DNA of 64,000 nt, taken from Acidobacteriota bacterium. GTDB lineage: Bacteria > Acidobacteriota > Vicinamibacteria > Vicinamibacterales > CAVVIG01. Of this stretch, positions 1-8,490 are shown one piece after another. The notes under the pieces are model-generated. The model was not told where the DNA came from and did not search any database. It worked only from the letters and a program-made list of their open reading frames with translations. The stretch spans positions 3,252 to 67,251 of the forward strand of contig JADGOC010000001.1 of the NCBI GenBank assembly GCA_017883165.1. The letters are read 5' to 3'. A program made the translations under genes and the position numbers. The stretch's first letter is position 1; each line of letters opens with the position of its first letter.

Positions 1-746
1 GACGGCAGATCGAAAGCGGGCTCGTCGGTCGCGTCCATCGGCCCATCCGCCACGACCAGCACGCCGAGCGCCTCCTGCGCGCGATACAACGCGAGGCGGG
101 CGGACTCCACCAGGCTGTCGACGGTCGACAGCTCCTGCTGCGCGCGCAGCTCATTGAGACGGCTGCCCGTCCCGAGCTGCTGCAATTGATGCGCGAGATC
201 GAAATGCGCTTTCGCCACGTCGCGCGCGCGCACGTTCGCGTCGACGACGCGGCGGCGCGCGATGATCGTGAGGTACGCGTCGGCGGCCGCCAGCGCCGTC
301 TGCTGGCGGACTTCCGTCGTGCTCAACTCGGCGACGTGGACGGCGTCCGCGGCCTGCGCGCGCCGCGCCCAGCGCGCCGGCGCGAAGAGCGGCAGGCGCA
401 CGTCGAGGCCCGCCGTCACCGAATTGCGCGGCGACACGGTCGTGTCGTTGAACTCCACACTGGTATTCAGCGTCGTCGTCGCCACGGTGCCGTTGATCTG
501 CAGCCGCGTGCTCGCGCGCACTTCGGTCAGCAGCGCTTCGGCGCGCAGGATGCCGGCGGCCGCGATCGCCGACGAGGGGTTCTTCTCGACGGCACGCGCG
601 ATCGCGTCCCGAAACGACAGACGCTCGGTCGGCGCCGGGGCCTGGGCCTGAACCCCAATCGCCAGGGCGAGCGCGGGCGCCGCGACGATCGCGACGATCG
701 CAAGGACCGAGCCAGCTCGGCCTCTACACCTGTGGTGTTGACTCAT
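1..746 (-). CDS. TolC-family outer membrane efflux protein (partial; C-terminus lies beyond the window edge)
   Basis: My own minus-strand translation from the ATG at 746 reads MSQHHRCRGRAGSVLAIVAIVAAPALALAIGVQAQAPAPTERLSFRDAIARAVEKNPSSAIAAAGILRAEALL... This is a signal peptide followed by a typical outer-membrane-factor N-terminal repeat. The start overlaps the RND stop by 23 nt. The gene is absent from the ORF track because it is open at the window edge. Confidence 0.8.
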   Translation of the reverse strand, partial: MSQHHRCRGRAGSVLAIVAIVAAPALALAIGVQAQAPAPTERLSFRDAIARAVEKNPSSAIAAAGILRAEALLTEVRASTRLQINGTVATTTLNTSVEFNDTTVSPRNSVTAGLDVRLPLFAPARWARRAQAADAVHVAELSTTEVRQQTALAAADAYLTIIARRRVVDANVRARDVAKAHFDLAHQLQQLGTGSRLNELRAQQELSTVDSLVESARLALYRAQEALGVLVVADGPMDATDEPAFDLP

Positions 747-3700
747 TCTTGCCTCGACGGCCGATGCTCTTGACGACGACATACAACACCGGAATGAATG
801 CCAGATTGAGGAACGTCGACGCGATCATGCCGCCGGCCACCGCCGTGCCGACCGAGTGCCGCGCCTCGCGGCCGGCGCCGCTCGCAAACACGAGCGGCAT
901 GACGCCGAGGATGAAGGCCAGCGACGTCATCAGAATCGGCCGCAGCCGGATCCGGGCGGCTTCCACCGCCGCGTCGGCGATGCTCATGCCGCGATTGCGC
1001 AGCTCCTCGGCGAACTGGACGACGAGAATGCCGTTCTTCGCCGACAACCCGATCAGCATGACCAACCCGATCTGACAATACACATCGTCGATGAGGCCGC
1101 GCCCCCACTGCGCGAGGAGCGCGCCGAGGACGGCCAGCGGCACCGACAGCAGGATGATGAACGGCAGGGTCAGGCTTTCGTACTGACCCGCGAGCGTGAG
1201 GTACACGAGCAGCAGCCCGAGGCCGAAGATGACGATCGCCTGACGGCCGGCCTTGATCTCTTCGAGCGACAGGCCCGACCACGAATACGTCATGCCCTGC
1301 GGGAGGACGCGATCGGACAGCTGCTGCATGATTTGAATCGCCTGGCCCGAGCTGTACCCCGGCGCCGCCGATCCGTTGATCTCCGCCGAGCGGAACAGGT
1401 TGTAGTGCGTAATCGTCTTGGGCGCGGTCCCTTCACGGACCGACACGACGTTGCTGAGCGGCATCATCTGGCCGGTGCTCGTCCGGACGTAGTAGTGCCC
1501 GATGTCCTCGGGCTTGCCTCGAAACTGCGCGTCGGCCTGCACGTAGACGCGATAGGAACGGCCGTTGAAGTCGAAGTCGTTCACGTAGATCGAGCCCAGC
1601 AGGACCTGCATCGTATCGGTGATCTCGCTGAGCGAGATGCCGAGGCTCTTGGCCTGCTGGCGATCGATCGTCACGATGAGCTGCGGATCGTTCGCCGTGA
1701 ACTGCGTGAAGAGGCCGGCAAGGCCCGGCGTCGCGTACGCCTGGCCGATGAGCTGTTGCGCTTGGGCGGCCAAGCCTTCAATCGCCCCACCTGTCTGATC
1801 CTGCAGCTCGTACTCAAATCCGCCAAAGGTGCCCAGACCATTGATCGATGGCGGCAGGAACGGCATCACGGTCGCACCCGTGATCTGGCGGAACGCGCCG
1901 AAGAGCCGGCCCACGACCGCCTTGGCGGAGTGCTCCTCGCCCTGTCGATCGGCGAAATCCTTCAGCATGATGAACATCACGCCCGCGTTGGGCGCCGATC
2001 CGCCGAAGCTGAATCCGGCGACGCCGAAGCTGTTTTTCACTTCGGGCGTCTTCTGCAGGATGTCGTCGACCTGCTTGACCATGGTCATCGTGTAATCGAG
2101 GGACGCGCCGGTCGGCGCCTGCACGAGGATGAACACGAAACCCTGATCTTCATCCGGGACAAAACCGGTCGGCACGCGCGTGTACACCCAGTACGTGCAG
2201 CCGAGCAGCGCCACGAAGACGAGCGCCACGAGCGCGCGCACGCGAATCAGGCCGCGCAGCGTCGAGACGAGCATCGCCGTCCCGCCGTCGATCACGCGAT
2301 TCACGACGCGGAAGAAGATCCCCTTGGGTTTCTCCACCTTCTGCAGCAGCAGCGCCGAGAGCGCCGGCGTGAGCGTCAGCGCGTTGAACGCCGAAATGAC
2401 CATCGACACCGCAATCGTCAACGCGAACTGCTGATACAGCCGCCCTGTCGTGCCTGGGAAAAAGGCGACCGGCACGAACACGGCCGCCAGGACGAGCGCG
2501 GTCGCGATGACGGCGCTCGTCACCTCGCCCATCGCCGTCGAGGCCGCTTCCGACGGCGGCCGGTGATATTCGTGAATGTGCCGCTCGATGTTCTCGATGA
2601 CGACGATCGCATCGTCGACCACGAGGCCCGTGGCGAGCGTGACGCCGAAGAGCGTCAGCGTGTTGATCGAGAAGCCGAACAGCTTGACGAACGCGAAGGT
2701 GCCGACGAGCGACACCGGGATCGTGATCGCCGGAATGAGCGTGGTGCGCCAGTTCTGCAGGAACAAGAACATGACAAGCACGACGAGCACGATCGCCTCG
2801 GCCAGCGTCGTGACCACTTCGCGGATCGATTCGGAGACGACCGTCGTCGTGTCGAACGCGAGCTCGGTCCGGAGGCCCGGCGGAAAGCGCTTTCTGAGCA
2901 CGTCCAGCTCCGCGACGACGCCACTGTAGACGCTCAGCTGGTTCGCGCTCGGCAGCTGCAGGACGCCAAAGCCGACGGCGTCGTGGCCGTTGTACCGCAG
3001 GTTGCTCGAGTAGGTCTCGGCGCCGAGTTCGGTGCGCCCGACGTCCTTCAGCCGGACAAGCGCGCCGTCGGCGGAGCGCTTGAGGATGATGTCGGCAAAC
3101 TCCGACGGCTCGGTGAGCCGGCCGACCGCCCGGACGCTGATCTGAAACGTCTGGCCCGCGCGCGCCGGCGGCGCGCCAACCTGGCCGGCAGCCACCTGCA
3201 CGTTCTGCTCGCGCAGCGCGCTGACCACCTCGTCGGCTGTGATGCCCCGGCTCGCCAGCCGCCCGGGATCCAGCCACAGCCGCATCGCGTACTTCCGCTC
3301 GCCGAAGATGATCACGTCGCCGACGCCAGGGACGCGCTTCAGATCGTCTTTGATGAAGCGGTCGATATAGTTGCTCATGAAGAGCGCGTCGTACTGCCCC
3401 TTGTCGGCGAACATGCCGGCGCCCAGGACGAACGTGTTAGACGCCTTGGTCACCGAAATGCCGACCGCCTTCACTTCGTTCGGCAGCCGTCCCTCGACCG
3501 ACGAGATGCGGTTCTGCACGTCGACCGCTGCGACGTCGATGTTGCGGTTGACGTCGAAGGTCACCGTCACGCTGCACGAGCCGTCATTGCCGCTCGACGA
3601 CGTCATGTACATCATGCCTTCGACGCCGTTGATCGCCTGCTCGAGCGGCGTCGTCACGGCCGTCTCCACCGTCTGCGCGCTGGCGCCGTTGTAGAACGCG

Positions 3701-3840
3701 TTCACCTGTACGGTCGGCGGCGCGAGCGCCGGAAACTGCGCGATCGGCAGCGTCGGAATCGCGATGAGCCCCGCCAGAATGATCACGAGCGAGCAGACGC
3801 TCGCCAGGATCGGCCGTTTGATGAAGGTGTCTACAAACAT
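724..3840 (-). CDS. RND (HAE1, AcrB-like) efflux pump inner-membrane permease
   Basis: The ORF is 724..3957. The likely true start is the internal ATG at 3840 (MFVDTFIKRPILASV..., the canonical RND N-terminus). It encodes about 1038 aa with 12-TM RND architecture. The upstream 39 codons fall in a tandem-repeat spacer. Confidence 0.95.
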   Translation of the reverse strand: MFVDTFIKRPILASVCSLVIILAGLIAIPTLPIAQFPALAPPTVQVNAFYNGASAQTVETAVTTPLEQAINGVEGMMYMTSSSGNDGSCSVTVTFDVNRNIDVAAVDVQNRISSVEGRLPNEVKAVGISVTKASNTFVLGAGMFADKGQYDALFMSNYIDRFIKDDLKRVPGVGDVIIFGERKYAMRLWLDPGRLASRGITADEVVSALREQNVQVAAGQVGAPPARAGQTFQISVRAVGRLTEPSEFADIILKRSADGALVRLKDVGRTELGAETYSSNLRYNGHDAVGFGVLQLPSANQLSVYSGVVAELDVLRKRFPPGLRTELAFDTTTVVSESIREVVTTLAEAIVLVVLVMFLFLQNWRTTLIPAITIPVSLVGTFAFVKLFGFSINTLTLFGVTLATGLVVDDAIVVIENIERHIHEYHRPPSEAASTAMGEVTSAVIATALVLAAVFVPVAFFPGTTGRLYQQFALTIAVSMVISAFNALTLTPALSALLLQKVEKPKGIFFRVVNRVIDGGTAMLVSTLRGLIRVRALVALVFVALLGCTYWVYTRVPTGFVPDEDQGFVFILVQAPTGASLDYTMTMVKQVDDILQKTPEVKNSFGVAGFSFGGSAPNAGVMFIMLKDFADRQGEEHSAKAVVGRLFGAFRQITGATVMPFLPPSINGLGTFGGFEYELQDQTGGAIEGLAAQAQQLIGQAYATPGLAGLFTQFTANDPQLIVTIDRQQAKSLGISLSEITDTMQVLLGSIYVNDFDFNGRSYRVYVQADAQFRGKPEDIGHYYVRTSTGQMMPLSNVVSVREGTAPKTITHYNLFRSAEINGSAAPGYSSGQAIQIMQQLSDRVLPQGMTYSWSGLSLEEIKAGRQAIVIFGLGLLLVYLTLAGQYESLTLPFIILLSVPLAVLGALLAQWGRGLIDDVYCQIGLVMLIGLSAKNGILVVQFAEELRNRGMSIADAAVEAARIRLRPILMTSLAFILGVMPLVFASGAGREARHSVGTAVAGGMIASTFLNLAFIPVLYVVVKSIGRRGKNESTPQV

Positions 3841-3846
3841 TGACTC

Positions 3847-3874
3847 GTGGCTGGTGGCTGGTGGCTGGTGGCTA
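3847..3874. repeat. Four tandem copies of the heptamer GTGGCTG in the adaptor-pump spacer
   Basis: The sequence reads GTGGCTG GTGGCTG GTGGCTG GTGGCTA. The last copy contains the adaptor gene stop codon. Confidence 0.9.
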
Positions 3875-4951
3875 GGGCGCGGGCGCGATCGGCATGCCGT
3901 CCGCGAGCTTCTGCACGCCCGACACCACGACGCGTTCGTTCGGCTTGATGCCGTCAAGCACGGCGTAGTTGTCGCCGACGATCGACCCGAGCTTCACGGC
4001 GCGCTGGCGCGCGACCAGCTTGCCGTTGGCGTCCTCGGCGACGAACGCGAAATACTGGCCGCTGATCCGCAGCACGGCGGTGACCGGAATCACCAGGCCG
4101 GACGTCGTCTTCCAGACGAGCCGCGCGCGGACGAACTGCGACGCGCGCAGCGTGAGGTCGGGATTACGCACGGCGCCCTTGACGAGGACCGACTGTGTTT
4201 GATCGTCGACGTGCGGCGAAATGAAATTCACCGCCGTCGTCGCCAGCCGCCGCCCGCCGTCGCTGCTCAGAATCTGAATCGGCAGCCCGTTCTTCAGATC
4301 GCCGGCGCGCTCGAGCGGCACCGACACGTACACTTCGAGCGTCTCGTTCTGATCGACGGTCGTGAGCAGCGTCGACGTGGTGACCTGCATCCCCTGGCGC
4401 ACCGGAATGTCGCCGACGACGCCGGCGGTCGGGGCCGCGATCGTGTAGTAGCGGAGCTGCACCTGCTGCTGCTGCACCTGCGCCTGCAGCGCCTTGAGAG
4501 TGGCCTCGGCGGTCCTGAGCGCGGTGTCGGCCTGCTCCTGTTCTTGTTGACTGATTGCGCCGGCGGCAAAGAGCGCGCTTGCGCGCTGCTGCTGCTGGCG
4601 CGCGTAGGTCACGCTCGCTTCGGTCGCCGCGCGCTCGGCCTCCTGGCTCGACACGGCCGCCTGCTGACGCCGCGGATCGATCTGGACGAGCGGCTGCCCC
4701 TGCCGCACTCGGTCGCCCGATTTCACGAAAATCTGCGTGATCTGCCCGTCGATCTGCGGCTGGATGGTCGTCGAGTGCAGCGACTTGAGCGTGGCGACAA
4801 ACTCGGTCGCGTCCTCGATGTCCGCTGCCGACGCCGTGGCGAGCGTGACGGGGGTCGCGGGGAATCCGCGTGCGCCCGGCGGCGCCTGAGTGCTGTTGCA
4901 GCTGGCCGACGCCAGCAGCAGCGCGGCGATGGCGGCCCTTTGTACGCGCAT
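3872..4951 (-). CDS. RND efflux periplasmic adaptor (MFP/HlyD family) lipoprotein
   Basis: The ORF is 3872..5083. The likely start is the ATG at 4951 (MRVQRAAIAALLLASASC...), giving a lipoprotein-type signal. The body shows biotinyl-lipoyl/beta-barrel adaptor motifs and a coiled coil (QAQVQQQQVQL). Confidence 0.9.
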   Translation of the reverse strand: MRVQRAAIAALLLASASCNSTQAPPGARGFPATPVTLATASAADIEDATEFVATLKSLHSTTIQPQIDGQITQIFVKSGDRVRQGQPLVQIDPRRQQAAVSSQEAERAATEASVTYARQQQQRASALFAAGAISQQEQEQADTALRTAEATLKALQAQVQQQQVQLRYYTIAAPTAGVVGDIPVRQGMQVTTSTLLTTVDQNETLEVYVSVPLERAGDLKNGLPIQILSSDGGRRLATTAVNFISPHVDDQTQSVLVKGAVRNPDLTLRASQFVRARLVWKTTSGLVIPVTAVLRISGQYFAFVAEDANGKLVARQRAVKLGSIVGDNYAVLDGIKPNERVVVSGVQKLADGMPIAPAP

Positions 4952-4991
4952 GTGGGTTTGACTCTCCGCGACGCAGACTGGGTTCAGCTTT

Positions 4992-5010
4992 GCCGTTTGT
5001 GACAAACGGC
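4992..5010. promoter_or_regulatory. Perfect 9-1-9 palindrome GCCGTTTGT-G-ACAAACGGC, a candidate operator
   Basis: Read directly from the sequence. It lies 41-59 nt upstream of the adaptor start, in the divergent spacer shared with the WYL regulator gene. A 1-nt loop is too small for an RNA hairpin, so a protein-binding site is more likely. Confidence 0.4.
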
Positions 5011-5385
5011 CATTCACTATATGCAAACGAAAAGCGAAGGGCAACCGGCTCGAGCGTCGACCGTGGGTCTGCGAAAGGCCCAATCCCCGGTGCTACAGTG
5101 TCGCAGCATCATCATGGCGACATGCCCGTGGCGGTCTAGTTAAAGAGAAGTTGGACGGACGTTGAGAGGGGCTGGGCCTGGTTCTGGACGCTCCTTGAGG
5201 CGAGCAACGGCATAGGACATCTCTTGCTCGCCGCTGGAGCGGGTGCGTACTTTCCTGGGGCCGCGACTGCGCCACTGCTTCTGGGTTTCGCGGGCTGGCT
5301 GGGCGTGACGCTTGGGCACGCTCAGGGCCCAGCGCACGTCCCGAGATAGCACGATGCTTGCTGAAGTCAGCGGTAGAATCTGTCC

Positions 5386-6396
5386 GTGCCCCGCAACGCC
5401 GAAGTCATCCGCCAGTGGACCATCCTCCGCGAGATTGAAAGCGCCCGCGGCGCCGGCGTCACCATCGACGACCTCGCCTCGCGCTGCGGCGTCACGACGC
5501 GCACGATCCGCCGCGATCTGCAGGCGCTCGAAGAAGCCGGCTTCCCGCTCTACGACGATCGCTCGCGCGACGACGGGCGGACGCGGTGGAACGTCAACGG
5601 CCAGGCGTTCAAGGGTCTGGCCGCCGGGCTGACACTGTCGGAGCTCTGCGCGCTCTATTTCAGCCGCACGCTCCTCGAATCGCTGGCGGGCACGCCGTTC
5701 AGGCACGACGTCGAGAGCGCGTTCGAAAAGCTGTCGTCGGTGCTCACGCCCCACATGCGCCAGTTCCTCGACCAGCTGCCTCGCGTGCTCTCGACCAAGG
5801 CGGATCCCGCGCGCACGGCGCCTCACCCCGACGCGCCGCGCCAGCAGCAGATCATCGCGCGCGCGCTCGAAGCGACGCTGCACCTGCGGCAGGCGTCGAT
5901 CACCTATCATTCGGCATCGAGCGATCGAACCAAGACTTACTTAGTGCATCCGTACCGGCTGGCGTACGCGCAAGGTGCGCTGTACCTGCTCGCGTACGTG
6001 CCGGAATACCGTGAAGTCCGGACCTTCGCGGTCGAACGGCTTCAGGAGCTGTCGCTGCTCGACGAGCGCTTCACGCCGATTGAACAGCTGTCGGACGAGG
6101 CGTTTCCGCATTCGCTCGGCGTCCATTCGGGGCCGCCCGAGCGCGTGGAGCTCGAATTTCAGCCGGCGATCGCCGACTACGTCCGCGCGCGCCAGTGGCA
6201 CCAGTCGCAGCAGGCGCACGACATGCCGGGCGGCGGTCTGCGGATGACGCTCGACGTCTGCCTCGACCGCGCGCTGCACAGTTGGATCCTGAGCTTCGGA
6301 CCGTTTGCACGCGTGGTCGCGCCCGAGCGGCTCGCGCGCGAGATCGCGGAACAGATTCACGAAGCAGGAGCACAATATGGCCACACACATTCTTAG
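5386..6396 (+). CDS. HTH-WYL-WCX domain transcriptional regulator
   Basis: The N-terminus (VIRQWTILREI...VTIDDLASRCGVTTRTIRRDLQALEEAGFPL) is a DeoR/HTH_11-like domain. The central segment (YLVHPYRLAYAQGALYLLAY...VRTFAVERL) is a WYL domain. The start is GTG. Confidence 0.85.
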   Translation: MPRNAEVIRQWTILREIESARGAGVTIDDLASRCGVTTRTIRRDLQALEEAGFPLYDDRSRDDGRTRWNVNGQAFKGLAAGLTLSELCALYFSRTLLESLAGTPFRHDVESAFEKLSSVLTPHMRQFLDQLPRVLSTKADPARTAPHPDAPRQQQIIARALEATLHLRQASITYHSASSDRTKTYLVHPYRLAYAQGALYLLAYVPEYREVRTFAVERLQELSLLDERFTPIEQLSDEAFPHSLGVHSGPPERVELEFQPAIADYVRARQWHQSQQAHDMPGGGLRMTLDVCLDRALHSWILSFGPFARVVAPERLAREIAEQIHEAGAQYGHTHS

Positions 6397-7606
6397 CGCC
6401 TTCGTGCTGATCGTGCTGTGCGCGTTGCCGGCTCGCGCCGCGACCAAGGCGATCCGCGCCGGCAGACTGATCGATGCCGCCGGCAAGGCCGTCACCAACG
6501 TCGTGATCGTCGTCGACAACGACACGATCGTCTCCGTGGGGACCGGCGCGCCGCCCGCCGGCGCCGACGTGATCGATCTCAGCCGCTACACGCTCGTCGC
6601 CGGGATGATCGACGTCCACACGCACATGACCTACTACTGGGACGGCGCCCCCGGCACGCGTCCGCTCGGTCAGCCGCGCAGACCCGCCGGCGTGACGACG
6701 GTCCTCGCGGCTGAGAACGCGCGGCGCACGCTCGACACGGGCGTGACGACGGTGCGCGACCTCGGCGCGTCGAACGAGGTCGACTACGCGATGCGCGATC
6801 TGATCAACATGGGCAAAATGATCGGGCCCCGGATGTTCGTCGCGGGCCAGGGTCTCTCGGCCGCCCGGAACGGGCCGCCGCCCGATCCCGAGACGTTCCG
6901 CCAGCAGGCCGAGGCGCGCATTGCGGCCGGATCGGATTGGGTGAAGATTTACGCCTCGCGCGGCAGCTTTCAGAGCGTCGACACGACGCAAACCGTCTCC
7001 TATGAAACCATGAAGGCCGCCGTGGATGCCGCACACGCGAAGAATCACAAGGTCGCGATTCATTCGTACGGGCCCTCAGGCGTCAAGGACGCCGTGCGCG
7101 CCGGCGCCGATTCGGTCGAGCACGGCATCGATCTCGACGACGAGACCATCGCAGAGATGGTCACGCGCGGAACCGTCTGGGTGCCGACCATCGATCACAA
7201 TCGCTACTATGTCGATGCGAAGGACGAGTACGGCTTCGCCCCAGACACGATTGCGCCGCTCCAGGCCTACATCGAAAAAAACCTCGAGTCCACGCGCCGG
7301 GCGTTCAAGGCCGGCGTGAAGATTGCCATGGGCTCCGACGCCGTCTACAGCATGTTCGGCCAGAACACGCGCGAGCTCGGTTGGCTCGTCAAGGCCGGCA
7401 TGACGCCCGCGCAGGCGCTCGCCTCGGCCACCACGATCCCTGCCGCGCTCCTCGGGATGGAAAAGAGCCTCGGCGCGATCGCGCCCGGCTACTTCGCCGA
7501 CATCGTCGCGGTCGACGGCGATCCGCTGGCCGACGTCAACGCCCTCATCAACAGCGTCCGCTGGGTGATGAAGGGCGGACAGGTCGTCGTCGACAAGACC
7601 AAGTGA
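6377..7606 (+). CDS. Secreted amidohydrolase-family metallohydrolase (Xaa-Pro dipeptidase/imidazolonepropionase-like)
   Basis: The internal ATG at 6377 gives MATHILSAFVLIVLCALPARA-ATKAIRAGRLID, a signal peptide. Supporting motifs are GMIDVHTHM (HxH metal motif), KVAIHSYG and GSDAV. The start overlaps the WYL gene by 20 nt. Confidence 0.85.
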   Translation: MATHILSAFVLIVLCALPARAATKAIRAGRLIDAAGKAVTNVVIVVDNDTIVSVGTGAPPAGADVIDLSRYTLVAGMIDVHTHMTYYWDGAPGTRPLGQPRRPAGVTTVLAAENARRTLDTGVTTVRDLGASNEVDYAMRDLINMGKMIGPRMFVAGQGLSAARNGPPPDPETFRQQAEARIAAGSDWVKIYASRGSFQSVDTTQTVSYETMKAAVDAAHAKNHKVAIHSYGPSGVKDAVRAGADSVEHGIDLDDETIAEMVTRGTVWVPTIDHNRYYVDAKDEYGFAPDTIAPLQAYIEKNLESTRRAFKAGVKIAMGSDAVYSMFGQNTRELGWLVKAGMTPAQALASATTIPAALLGMEKSLGAIAPGYFADIVAVDGDPLADVNALINSVRWVMKGGQVVVDKTK

Positions 7607-8445
7607 CCATCCGGCTCCTCGCGATCGACATCGACGGTACGCTCCTCGACAGCCGGGGTCGCGTGCCCGACGCCCATCGCGACGCGATCGCCGAGGCGGC
7701 CGCGCGCGGCATCGAGGTCGCGATCGCGACCGGCCGCAGCTTCCATTTCAGCCAGTCGATCGCCGACGCGCTGCCCGTGCCGCTGACCTTGATCGTCAAC
7801 AACGGCGCCATGGTGAAAGACCGCGCCGGCTTGACGCATCTGCGGCATCTCCTCTCCCGCAACGCGGCGCACGAGGTGCTCGCCGGCACACGCGCCTACG
7901 AGGACAGCGTCGCGCTCGTGTTCGATCGGCCCCCCGAAGACAATGCGCGCCAGATCGTGTACGAGCGCATGGACTGGACGCACCCCAACCGCCGCGGCTA
8001 CTACGAAAAGAACAAGGCGTTCATCGCGGAGGCGCCCGAGCCGCTCGCCCGCATGCTCACCGAGGATCCGGTGCAGGTGATGTTCAACGGCGGCGTCGCG
8101 GCGATGCGGGCGTTGACCGCCGCGCTCCGCGCGCTGCCGATCGCCGGCGAGTTCTCGGTGGCCGTCACCGAATACGAGCATCGCGATTTTTCGCTCGTGG
8201 ACGTCAACGCCGCCGGCTGCTCGAAGGGATCCACGTTGGCGAAGTGGGCGGAAGTGCGCGGCTTCGCGCGCGGCGAAGTGATGGCGGTCGGCGACAATCT
8301 GAACGACGTCGAGATGCTCGACTTCGCCGGCACCGCCGTCGTCATGGGCAATGCGGCGGAGGGCGTCAGGCGAGGACGGGCGGTGACGGGGACCAACGAC
8401 GAAGGCGGTCTGGCGGACGCCATCCGGCGCTACGCGCTCGTCTGA
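7603..8445 (+). CDS. HAD-superfamily Cof-type hydrolase/phosphatase
   Basis: The GTG at 7603 overlaps the upstream TGA (GTGA). The product reads VTIRLLAIDIDGTLLDS (the DxDGT motif), followed by ...MAVGDNLNDVEMLDFAG. Confidence 0.85.
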   Translation: MTIRLLAIDIDGTLLDSRGRVPDAHRDAIAEAAARGIEVAIATGRSFHFSQSIADALPVPLTLIVNNGAMVKDRAGLTHLRHLLSRNAAHEVLAGTRAYEDSVALVFDRPPEDNARQIVYERMDWTHPNRRGYYEKNKAFIAEAPEPLARMLTEDPVQVMFNGGVAAMRALTAALRALPIAGEFSVAVTEYEHRDFSLVDVNAAGCSKGSTLAKWAEVRGFARGEVMAVGDNLNDVEMLDFAGTAVVMGNAAEGVRRGRAVTGTNDEGGLADAIRRYALV

Positions 8446-8490
8446 ATCCCAACCAGACAGACCTGCCGCCATTTTATAAGACCCGGCCGC

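Noticed and set aside
186-773. Plus-strand ORFs of 195 and 129 aa at the left edge.
   Set aside because: The minus strand of the same region translates cleanly into a TolC-family protein with a signal peptide, coupled to the RND gene. The plus-strand products are Arg-rich nonsense.
856-3843. A 995-aa plus-strand ORF opposite the RND pump gene. Similar long antisense ORFs occur at 33064..35046, 36717..38672, 51911..54391, 55837..56847, 15883..17304, 12490..13755 and 59950..61134.
   Set aside because: All lie antisense to genes with unmistakable family signatures. Their translations are Arg/Asp/His/Gly-rich low-complexity strings with no motifs. Stop-codon-poor antisense frames of this kind are the expected artefact in high-GC DNA.
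3847-3874. G-quadruplex potential of the GTGGCTG repeats.
   Set aside because: Only GG doublets are available (two-tetrad at best), and there is no supporting context. I treated it simply as a tandem repeat.
3841-3957. A 39-codon N-terminal extension of the RND pump ORF. Similar 5' extensions occur on the adaptor, amidohydrolase, HAD, cydB, ABC ATPase, Memo and gatC ORFs.
   Set aside because: The extensions run through spacers, repeats or upstream genes. Internal starts reproduce the canonical family N-termini or signal peptides.
5358-5379. A conventional sigma70 promoter (TTGCTG ... TAGAAT) for the WYL gene.
   Set aside because: The hexamers are only 10 nt apart, far from the 16-18 nt optimum. 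Only the -10-like element is retained, in the leaderless hypothesis.
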